From contig NW_004797385.1 of NCBI RefSeq assembly GCF_000002075.1, forward strand, positions 658,512 through 722,511: a stretch of DNA of 64,000 nucleotides, given 5' to 3'. The translations under genes and the position numbers were made by a program. The notes under the pieces are model-generated. The model was not told the origin of the DNA. It ran no database searches and was given only the letters and a program-made list of their open reading frames with translations. The stretch is from Aplysia californica (taxonomy: Eukaryota). Position 1 is the stretch's first letter; each line of letters begins with the position of its first letter. This document shows positions 1 through 10,526 of this stretch, piece by piece.

Positions 1-189
1 TTATAGTGAAACAAATTGCATTAATTGCAATCCGTTTGAGGATTGAAACATAAATTCTGCAGGTAACACACATTTATTTGACTTCATTTGGCCGGGAATC
101 GAACTCCAAACCAATTGGTTTAGAATAAACATCTTTATCACTTGGTTGCGTTTCAAACAACAGACGCTTACTGCATCCAAAATGAGCAG

Positions 190-488
190 CGAGAAAACTC
201 GCAACCCTCAAACTCTGTCCTGATGAAACCTCGCAACCCACCCGCCGGCGGACTACGAGGTTTCATCACGACAAAAATGGTGTAATGAAACCTCGCATCC
301 CACAGCGTAACCACATAAACAATATAAAAGTTGTTTTTATATGCTAACCACGTTTCTAACGTGTTTTTATCTATCTGTACCAACTTTGGTTTCTATAGGT
401 CATTTTAATCAAGAGTAAATCAGTTTTTTGTCTCTCCTGTAAAATTTTCCTTTCTGGGGTTACGAGGTTTCATCACTCCACCAGCGAT
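190..488. mobile_element. End of an unclassified DNA element with repeated GATGAAACCTCG / CGAGGTTTCATC subterminal motifs
   Basis: Motif recurs in both orientations at about 195, 222, 256, 285 and 464; other end not in window. Confidence 0.4.
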
Positions 489-902
489 ATTCACTATCCT
501 GGTGTCATTTAACAGTGTGTAGGCGTATAAATGGGCTATATTGGAGCAAGAAAAACTTGATTAACTGTGTTATTTGAGTAGTTGCTAGTGACAAATTACT
601 AATTAGACAACATACACCTCAAAATATTTTACATACACAAATAGGAGCTTTTTGCTTAAGCTGTAGATTTCTTACACAAACAAAGAAGGAAAAAAATACC
701 CAAAAAAAGGATTCTGTTCCCTTTCGGACTACCATTACTTTCAGATGTATTGATTTAAAAACTGCTTTCAGATTCAGTAATCTCCACTGCACTAGAAACC
801 AAAAAGGAAAGGCTAATGATCAACCTGATGTAATTTAATTCTACTGTCACCTTTTAATCCCAAAGTTCTAAATCTACAAAATGGAGTTTTGTTAAAATCT
901 AT

Positions 903-1284
903 TTAGTCCCCAAAAACAACACCCGTAGCCGCTTTTCTCTTCCGACTGCTGGGGTTTATAACACTCATCCCAGCCTTGTTCTGTTTAGTTTTGTTTTGGC
1001 CTGCTCCTTTCTTGGGGCTGAGGTCCATTAGTGCATCTATCCCTCGGCCTGACGCTTTCTGAGCCTTGAGAGCGTCCACTTGTTGATTGGCAGCTGTCAG
1101 CTGGGTTTCCAAGTGAGAACAGCTTTCTGCAAGGCGAAACAAAATAGACTGGAACTCGTTTTTCTTCTCCGCAGCTCTGGCCTCAAACAGGTCGAGGGAA
1201 ATTGTTGATCCTCCTTTTCCGACAGTCAAAGTGAGCTTTGTTCCCACACGTGCTACGCTGATGTCCCCAGAAGTGAAGCCATTT
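903..1284 (-). CDS. PAXX: PAXX coding exon 2 (terminal)
   Basis: AG acceptor at 1285-1286 (minus); NGFTSGDISVARVGTKLTL...ATGVVFGD*; stop 903-905. Confidence 0.9.
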
Positions 1285-2042
1285 CTGTAAAATGTAGGTC
1301 AAAGCAAGAATAAGTCATTTGGCACATTTATACCAGTATTATGTGTTACATGGAATTTTCATACTGTATGCATATATTACGGCACATCCATAGCAAAATT
1401 CACAGGGTTCACAAATCTTTTCATTACGTAGGAATTTCAGGCTATAATATTACTAGGGGAGATGAAAAAGATGGACAATTGTGTCACGATTTTACATGAC
1501 TTATGCCCTCTAGCCAAAGCCTGTTGAAACAAGTGGAACACTGGTACAAACTTGATTGGTTTATGTCTTTTCCTCTCGGGCTCAGCACTATTTTCAATTT
1601 TTTTCCCCACTTTTAAAAATGAAAGTTGAGTTTAGAATCTCAAACGTTTAGCAGGTTTAGTTTTTTACATTGATTTCTTTATTTACCTCTGTTCGGATCA
1701 GCTGTTTTTTTTCTTAACATAGAAGCCTTTTCATTTCTTTTGCTCCACCAGGGTCCAGTCTCTCCTACAACTTTACCTTGACCAAACTTAGTATAATGGT
1801 GGCAACATGTTGCATAGCATGTTATATCTGCAGAAGAGGAAGCACACTGACACACATTGCAACAATACCAGATGTGCCTCCACGCCACTACAGACTTCCC
1901 ACATGCAACTGAAGTGAGCAGGCTAAAGCTACCACTGAACACTTCTGTGACATATGCAATAAACAGGAGCTGGTCCTACACAAAGCCCTATTGCCCTCAG
2001 CTTATAATTTATAAAGAGGTTGTTGGCCAACTCCCATACTAT

Positions 2043-2112
<70 letters not shown>

Positions 2113-2599
2113 ATCATCACAGCTACTTCAGTAAATGAAATTTGATGTCACAATAAATTAGATATAACCTCTCTGATGCTATTTGTTTTTCCTACTATAT
2201 TTATTGTTTACGCTATTTCATGCCCACGCTTTGAGTACAAAGAATATTATTATAATGATTAAAAGTAAGAAAAAAAAGGTGGTGAGTATGTGGACTTCCT
2301 TATTCAAGCATAGGAATAAACTAAATTGATCATCATCAAAAAGTGCTAAATTTAAAACAGACATCAGAATTTATGGTTTCTCATTCCCTCCTCCACTCTG
2401 ATGCTCTCAAAATAATTATCCTAAGAAACTACAATGCTGTTGCTACTTTTATAGAAGAGTTGAATAAACATGAACAGGAACAAGATTTATTAACTTACTG
2501 TTTTTTTTGGGGGGGAGTCCACAAGTGTGACCTTTTAGTCTACATATGGTATACATCATGAGCGTGTATGATCAACGTCTGTGTGTGCATTGTATGCAT

Positions 2600-2632
<33 letters not shown>

Positions 2633-5600
2633 GGGGGGGGGGCGGTATGTACTGTGTTTGCACACATTAAAGTTCAGGTACACATCTTTTTCTGTCTCTC
2701 TTTCTCACACAGGCAATAACATGTACCGTATTCATAATTATTGTTTCCTTGTTCAGGAAGCACTGGCCTGCTAATTTTTTATTCAGTACTTTAATAATTT
2801 ATATCACTTCAGAGTACAATCACAGAAAGTAGAAGAGTGTGCACAATTCAATAGAACCGAACCAAAATGGCAGAAGGTAAAGGGATTCACACAAGTCAAG
2901 TAATATTTATTTTATGAGCAAAAGCAATTTCACATTTCCAGATGGTGACAAAGAATATGGAAAGACTAACACTAGAGTAATGTGACGCAAGCCAACACAA
3001 TATTTTTGTAATGTGTTGTGTGTTGAAGAAGAGTGTATAAGTTTGTAACTCAGAGTTTCAAATTAACCCTTTGACTGCTAACCCTATTATATGCACCCCA
3101 CATGCTAAGGAAAATTCAACCAAGCACAAGATGTTACAGATTACAATCTTTAATCGAAGGTTGTTCAGAGACAGATCAGTAACACTTATCTAAGACCAAA
3201 TGAAAGATAAAAGAAGAGATGACTTCATCTATTGATACAACTTGCATATATGTAACAAACCATATAACAATGTGAACAACTTGAAAGTACAAACAAAGAA
3301 TGAACACATGCTCCGATTCTCAGTGTTGGGTCTGCACCCCACTATGTGTGTGAGAAAGACAACTCACCTTAGCTCAGGCTACATGTCAAACTAGAAAGAG
3401 AAATGAAGAGATGTCTTTATCCACAGACAAGACTTGGGTAGAACAAGCCATCTATAACCATGTAAACAAGTATAAAAGTACTGAGACTGAACAAGCATTC
3501 TGAGTCAGCAAGTCAGCTCTGGCACGATGTGTGTAAGAAAAACACACTTAACTTTGTTTTCAGTTATATAGAAACTGCTTTCCCCGTCCAAGTGTCTTAA
3601 GGTATGAGCTCATAGCTAAAGCAATAAACTTTCAAGGAAGTCACTTTCTTTATTCAAAACTTAGCAATAGAAGCTGAAATATCATCAAAACAAGACACAG
3701 GGTTTAGCTGCCACATTTTCTTGTCACTGGGCAGCAGATTATGGAGGCTTGTGAGATACGCTTATAGTGCAGTCAAGGAGTTAAGCTTCCCAGCATGAAT
3801 CAGACTAATTTTGATACACTGGTTACAAAAATGCTATTTTATTTTCAGGCTTTGGTCAATATTTTTCTTTTAATTTTGGAATTAGATTTGAAAAGCGTTT
3901 GGAGAAACTTCACAGGAACCACACCATCTCAGCCCACAGGCATAGCCAGAAATCAGCCTGATGACCTAAAGGCTGATAGGCGCTCCTGAGGCTTTTAAAA
4001 TATTTTGTGAGGTCTCATCCTCAAGTCTATTAGTATTACTATGTGACAGGTCTGAAGCAGCGCACCAAGGATACTGTTCTTGTCTAAAAATGGACTTTGA
4101 CACCTCTACTCTAGCTTCTGATCTGATAGAAATTTTCACTTTGAAATGATGTAAAGTTCAGCTAGAACTGTACATCATATATGTTTTTCCCTGCCCATGT
4201 AAGTCACACAAGACAGACTATATATCTGTCACATTTTAAAGTAAAAACAGGGCTAAAATGAAAATTGCTAGTTTCACAAAGAGCCGATATTTTCTAAAAT
4301 TTCAGGAATATTAATTCAATAAATTTTAACAACGAAAAACCCAACAACAATACAGAAAGTTAGCAAAACAGGTTTATTCCCGACTTACAAGAGTGTGGGT
4401 GTGGTCTACAAAAGTAACAGGATCAGTAGCATTGATGATGGCCAAACATCGTCGCGGCATGGAATCAATCAATCGCTGCACTGCCTGTTGAGGGATGTTA
4501 TTCCACTCTTCATGCAAAGCTCTCTCAAGTTGAGGAAGAGTCTTAGGCTGGCGCTGTCTCCTTCAAACGCTGCGATCGAGCAAGTCCCATAGATGCTCAA
4601 TGGAATTCAAATCATGTGAGTAGGCACGCCACGGTTGAAGACGTTGCTTTCATGTATGAACCAGGAGGCTAGACGAGCTCTATGCGCTGGGGCATGGTCA
4701 TGCATAAAGGTTAGTCCCTGGTTTTCAATGGCTGCAACGACGTGTGGCTGAAGAATCTTGTCAATGTATTGGTGTGCTGTCAAATTGCCACGAACAGTCA
4801 CAAGCGGAGTCTTGCCAGCTGCTGTAATTCCTCCCCACACCATCACACTCTCACCACCAAAAGCTCTGGTCTGACATAGGCATTGAGGAGCGAACCTCTC
4901 ATTTACTCTCCGGAATACGCGTTTTCTTCCATCTTGACGTTCCAAAATAAACCTGGATGCGTTGGAGAACATGTAGTCATTCCATATCTGGCGAGACCAA
5001 TGTGAATGCCTGTTTCTGATGTTGTAGGGCGTCATTCTGATGCAACGAGTTGGACGCCTTGCTAGGAGTCCAAATTCTTTCAACCGTCTCAATACAGTCA
5101 TTTTTTATATTGAGTTGGCAGGTCGCATGTAGTTCAACTCATCTCTGGTTTGTCTTGCCGTTTTGAAACAATTCCGCAGATGCGACAGACGTATAGAAAT
5201 ATCCTGTCTTAGAGTAGTTTTTCTTCTCCCAAGTCGACGGGGTCGATCCTTTTATGATCCTGTTGTTCTTTCACGATCCATTGTTGTGTACACAGTTCTC
5301 CTTGTTACATAAAAATGTCTCGCAACTGTGGATACAATGTACTGAGGTACCCCTGCGAATCATTCCAACAAGCTGATTTCGCACATTTACTCTTAGTAGT
5401 CTTAGGCCTGGCATGATAAAACGTAGACAACACAAGTATTATCACTGACAAATTGTTACAAAAATGACAAAGATAGGACGTGTATTTCTTTTTTAAACAA
5501 ATCATTGCCGTGTTATGAGTAATTCTCAAAAAAACAACAACATGTAACTCGTATGCAGTTACAAAACCACTTGCGCGTTCAAAAATCTGAAAACAGCTCA

Positions 5601-8600
5601 CCAGCGACAGGATATCAAGTAGTCAGTGCGTAAATTTGAAAGTAATTGGTGGCAAAGATTTGTTAAAAATTGAGATTTAAAATGTTTTAAAATGTGTACA
5701 GTCGACTACGCTTGAAGCGATCTCGTTGGGGGACTAGAAAAATGATCGCTACATCCGAAGTTCCCAACAGCCGTTGGAAGAAAAATTCAAGGGAAATAAT
5801 CCCAGTACTCAACCTCACTGTAGAGATAATTATTGAGCTTCGGTGCTTATCATGTAAGGTTATAATCAAAATAGTATCATGTCGGAGATTGCTCGCTTAG
5901 TGTCTGATGCCTCGTACTATTGTGTGAAAGCGTAATGTTACAAAACATCAGGTTCATCAATGCTAGGTCAAAACTAACCACGGGGGGGGGGGGGGGGGAG
6001 GATCGTTAAAACCATAAATATTTTTACTATAAACTATTCGGGCCAGGGATAAGAATACGCATCACTACAGCCGTCATGACAGATGTAGTGAATTCGGTAC
6101 ACCCGTTTCAATTTTTATTGAGTTTGTGTACAAGTGGAGTGGACTGTATACTTAAAAATGTGACAGAGTATATATATAGAATTAGATGATGAGGCAAGAC
6201 TGGCTAGTTTGTCTTTCGTCTTTATCAGTCTATTCTATCACTTGTCTAGATGGTAGTCTGTGCTTTTGAACAGAGAGAGTATCATAATGAAACAAATACA
6301 GATGTAGCAAACCCCCACCACTTCAAGTTCATCCCAAGGTAGGCAATGGCATTTAATGCCATTAATTCCAAAATGGAATCTGACAGTAGTTGTTTTTTTT
6401 TATGAGAGCAAAATTGGCCACCACGGCAAAAGTGTCAATAGTATTTCAGATCAAGAGTTCAGGAATACTCTAGTTAATCAGTGAGTGAGGGGGAAAAGAA
6501 CTAAATGTGTGCAAAATTAAAGGTAATTTTAAAGGAGATGAGACATCAGATAAAATAATTAAAAACTACGATGTTTGTTTTGTTTATTCATGAGCTGAGG
6601 AATTTTATATTCAATGTGCTCCCTTACCTACAGATGAATGATAATTGTAGAGTGAGACCTGACAACAAGTGCCATAGATAGTCCTTATAAATTCCTTCCT
6701 GTGCCTTACCTACACTATTTATATATATATATTATGTTAAAATTCAAGTCCCCTCCTCTTCAACCCTAGCCAGTGCAATTAATCCCAATTTAAATATCAT
6801 GAATTCATGAATCATGCCTTCATTCGTAGAATAATCTCTCAGTAGTCTCCACCTAAGATCCCAGTGCTCGGGAGCAGGGAAAATGCGGGATCTTAGGCAA
6901 ACGGGATCTTAGCCGACTCACAATTAAGGGAAGAATCTACGGTGACCACAAACGGTAAAATGGTCTCTTAATTCACTCTGAAATGAACTGACGTAACCCC
7001 TGGGAGGGTTTATGACAAATGGCGAGAAAAGAGTTGTCAACCTTAATGACCAATCACAACAACAACATCAGGCATACCATTTTTACTTTTAATATAATTA
7101 TTATAATGCTACTGTGAATCTCATTAGTCTCAAGATCTACGCTTATCCAGTTGCCCCTCCCCTTTACCTGTCCAAAATTTTAATTCATATACCGATACAG
7201 TAGTTTTCCATCTCTGACCGAGTTCCCCCCCTCTTTGTTATGCACCATTACGTCGTGACCACACCAATTAAAATTCAGTCTGCCTAGCAAATTTGGCAGA
7301 GACAAAAACTTTAGTGCTATGGTCAGTTCACAGTACTTACAGTTCGATGTGATCCTGCCAGGAGCAAACTTGAAGTGAAGGCCCTACCCACCCAGTGTGT
7401 GATGCAAGTTTAGGTGGGGAGCTGAGATGCGAGTGCAATGTTTGGGGGAAAACAAAGGCATGGTCAATTCACACCTCTGTGTGATCCCCTCTCGGAAAAT
7501 GTGGTGTCCGCACCATCCTTGAATGCTTTTAAGAATAGGATTGACACGGTCTGGAAGGCACATAAATTCTCCATGAACCTACATTGGTTTCAAACTGCCA
7601 GATCCATGAGCACCAACCTACAGATAACAGAGTGTGAAAACAACGAGCAGGAAGGAACAAGCAATGAAAGCAACGAACGGCTGATAGGCGACTAGCCTGA
7701 CCACAGCCGTACTTCAAAACTAAACTAAACACACATTCTTGGGCGCTTTTTCGGTAGTTCCCACCCCCCTTATTTGATAGAGCCTGACCTACATATCTAG
7801 ATCTATACGTTTGATTCGCGGCAAGCTAAGATGTCAAACCTAACAACTGCAAAACATTAAATTGTGGTAAAATTCAGGGGGGCATGCCCCCCTGAAACCC
7901 CCCACCTTGTTTTTATTAGGTCAGGGGGGCAAGCCCCCCTGAAACCCCCCTACTCTTGGGGCCAAAACCGGCGAATAACAAATGCGGGGTGGGAACTACC
8001 GAAAAAGCGCCCATTCTTGTACCATTTGATCGACTTCTACAACGCTTTTATATATATTATATATGTGATCACATTCAGGAGCGTGGCTGATCTTTGACAC
8101 TACGGGCAGCTCAATGATCTCTTGAAACTTTTCACTCTTGGTTTATTGGCTGTGCTCTCTCGCGTTTTCGTTAGACTGCAATTTAATTATGATCTGAAAT
8201 GCCAGATCTTAGCCAGATGTATAGCCTACCTTCACACAGTGAATCAGAGTGGGATCTTACGGGTGACTTATGAAGTAAAAATTCTGTTTTAAAATTCTTA
8301 AAATAGCGGGACCAACCGAGATCTTAAGCGGCGGATCTTAGGCGGAGACTACTCAAAGCCAATAAATAACAAATCCAACAAGATGAATAAAAAGTAAATT
8401 CAAACCTTATTCTAGTCAGAAAAGCATCAGTTGTTGCTGTATTATTCAGGTCTTTCTGTGTCTCAAGATCATCCTGATCAAGCTCGAGCAACCAGATATC
8501 TATACCATCAGAAACCTCGAGAAGCCAAGCCTTTGATTCTTGCGTTGTGGACGTAAAACACAAATATTTCTGTCTACCATTTTGCACAACTTTATGTAAA

Positions 8601-8644
8601 TTGTCAACCTTTGCGTCCGCTAATATTGTTGCAAAATCAGCCAT
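903..8644 (-). CDS. PAXX: PAXX (XRCC4/XLF paralog, NHEJ factor); join complement(8406..8644, 903..1284), 206 aa
   Basis: The two exons join in frame (..TRI AG|gtttg...ttttacag|A AAT GGC; phase 2). Order is head domain, coiled coil, then C-terminal GMSVINPSSRKRKAATGVVFGD, matching the recalled PAXX Ku-binding tail (human GESLINPGFKSKKPAGGVDFDET). Length is close to human (~204 aa). Confidence 0.9.
2048..2112. repeat. (CT)n microsatellite
   Basis: Seen directly. Confidence 0.95.
4224..6168 (-). mobile_element. Decayed Tc1-family DNA transposon in the PAXX intron
   Basis: TIRs CTGTCACATTTT(T/A)AAGTA at about 4226 and 6148-6166 with TA flanks. Frameshifted transposase remnant (about 4480-5330) with FSNASRF (cf. 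FSDESRF), SVMVWGGI, FMHDHAPAH and SHDLNSIEHLWD (cf. SPDLNPIEHLW). Confidence 0.85.
7485..7730 (+). mobile_element. 3' end of a CR1-clade LINE
   Basis: Encodes ENVVSAPSLNAFKNRIDTVW, the conserved CR1 ORF2 C-terminal motif; followed by a 3' UTR and an (ACTAA)n tail. Confidence 0.75.
7742..8011. mobile_element. MITE with GG termini and 8-bp TSD (Merlin-like), copy 1
   Basis: TIR GGCGCTTTTTCGGTAGTTCCCACCCC; TSD CATTCTTG at 7734-7741 and 8012-8019. Confidence 0.85.
8406..8644 (-). CDS. PAXX: PAXX coding exon 1
   Basis: ATG in GCCATGG context; MADFATILADAK...KYLCF...WLLEVSDGIDIW...FLTRIR; GT donor at 8404-8405. Confidence 0.88.
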
Positions 8645-9358
8645 GGCAAAAGTGTCAACAGATTTTTTCAAAACAAGAGATCGGGAACAATCAGTGAGTG
8701 AGGGGGTGGGGGGAAAGTAGACTAGTCTGTGTGCAAATGGCAAAAAGAGACACCAAATAAACTAGAAACCAGTACTAACTTGGCCTACGTTGTTTGTTTT
8801 GTTCATACACATGATGAGTTGAGGAATTTTTTTTATATTCAACGTTTTCTCCCTCACTCACAGAAGAACGAAAACAACAATCTAACCTTATGCACAAGAA
8901 TACCAGGGCTACCATGCCTTGTCATCATGACTAGTCTCATTCATTTCTCCTTTCTTTAAAAAAAAAAATCAGTATATGATTTAAAAATGATCCATTAAAT
9001 TACCCTCATCTAACAGGACTGGGTCTACAGTAGAAATATTCAAAGTCGTGAATTAGTCTGGTGAATAGTAAATAAGACTTAGCAAACGTTATATCAGTAC
9101 GGAACTGAATTGCTTATTGTAAAAACAGAAATAGATCGTAGATTCTAACAGCTATTGAAAACAATATAACGATACTAACTACAATAAACTACACATATCG
9201 GTATTTTCAATTATTTATTTTATTTATTTTCATACACATCGTAAAATAGTATAAATAGTAGCATAAGGTATTCTGAAGGACTATTAATTGATGCAAAAAA
9301 AATGTTTGTTCTGCAGAACTAAGTTTGTGTTACATCTTTTGTATTATTATCAAATAAA
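8645..9358. promoter_or_regulatory. Probable bidirectional promoter and 5' UTR region of PAXX and the LRPPRC-like gene
   Basis: Divergent start codons separated by 714 bp; TSS positions cannot be read from sequence. Confidence 0.6.
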
Positions 9359-9474
9359 ATGGCAGCGCTCATACGGTACGGATTGCGGAGTCCCCGCAAC
9401 CTTGGAAGGGCAGTGCTATGTCCCTTCATGAGCAAAGGCAGTTACAATGGAGCTTTGTCATGTACAGTGCCTAG
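9359..9474 (+). CDS. LRPPRC: LRPPRC-like exon 1 (mitochondrial targeting peptide)
   Basis: MAALIRYGLRSPRNLGRAVLCPFMSKGSYNGALSCTVPR; AG|gtaggc; phase 2. Confidence 0.8.
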
Positions 9475-10475
9475 GTAGGCTTAAGTTTTATCAGTGAAAA
9501 AAGACTTGAAATATTATAATGCGTTTGCTGTCTGTAGCTCGTAGTCCTTGACTTGTCCAGGTTGGTTAGACTTAAACTCTTACTAAAAGTTTACTAAGAC
9601 AGTCTGACTAAGACTCTAACTAAAGTAAACTAACTTAGACAGTGACTTCTGACTCAGTCTGACTCTGACTCTTTTTTTGTTGTTTGTTTTTGGTCAGTGT
9701 TTTACAGCGCTCGCAACTGCATAAGGTCATATGAGCGCGCAGGACACGTCCTAATATTTTCAGTTGTTGATAGGAAATTTCGGAGAAATAGTGCCGATCT
9801 TTATTTCTCCGAACGGTTTTCGGCTTCCGGTCTCGTGATTTTTTGCCTATTTATTGCGAGAGTTCGGCGCCAACTTTCATTCTGCCTCTGGTCTGGGAAG
9901 GAACTCGTACCGCATGGCAAGCCCGCCTACAGACAACCTTCAGTAACACCCACCACACACCCACCACCATCATGCACATGTACACACACTAACTAAACAT
10001 AACTAGTGGGCAACTTTTGAACGTATGACGAGCTGAACTGTGGATGGAGAGACAGTGTGAGTGAAAGAGCGGGTGAAAGGAAGAATGTGCGAGTGTATCC
10101 ACAGGCGACAGCAACTACAAGACGACGACACTGACCACCCCTGGCCTGGTCCACAGCTCACGAACAAAAGGAATGCAGCTCAGGCGGTGTTTTGCCTATA
10201 TTATTGTCCATGGTTCGCAGGGAACAAGTGAGATTTTCTTTGTGTGTGCCTGGAGGGATGGGGTGGGGTATGAAAGTCATGCGGACGGGGATGAGCCGCG
10301 GGAGAGAACACGGGAATTGAATGAAAGAGTGAAACTGAAAGAGACGAATGACTCATGAGTCCTGGAGTGAATGGATCCTGTGTTTCTATTTTTGTATACT
10401 TTGAACTGTTACTGAATAAAGGCTGAAATAAAGCCCAAAAAACAAACAAACACACAGACACACTCAAACACTCAC

Positions 10476-10526
<51 letters not shown>

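Larger units (their letters stand above)
6841..8352. mobile_element. Non-autonomous TIR element (AGTAGTCTCC(A/G)CCTAAGATCC ends) hosting younger insertions
   Basis: Inverted termini at 6841-6861 and 8332-8352; internal GGATCTTA repeats; a related terminus at about 63940; no TSD found. Confidence 0.6.

Noticed and set aside
1857-2138. Poly-SL and poly-ER ORFs (and poly-CV at 10201-10569)
   Set aside because: Translations of (CT)n and (CA)n microsatellites
4607-5101. Functional or domesticated Tc1 transposase
   Set aside because: The first catalytic Asp is mutated (FSNAS), with frameshifts and stops on both sides
8645-8743. N-terminal extension of PAXX suggested by ORF 8324..8743
   Set aside because: The ORF track uses a non-ATG start; the ATG at 8644 has a strong context and gives the expected protein length
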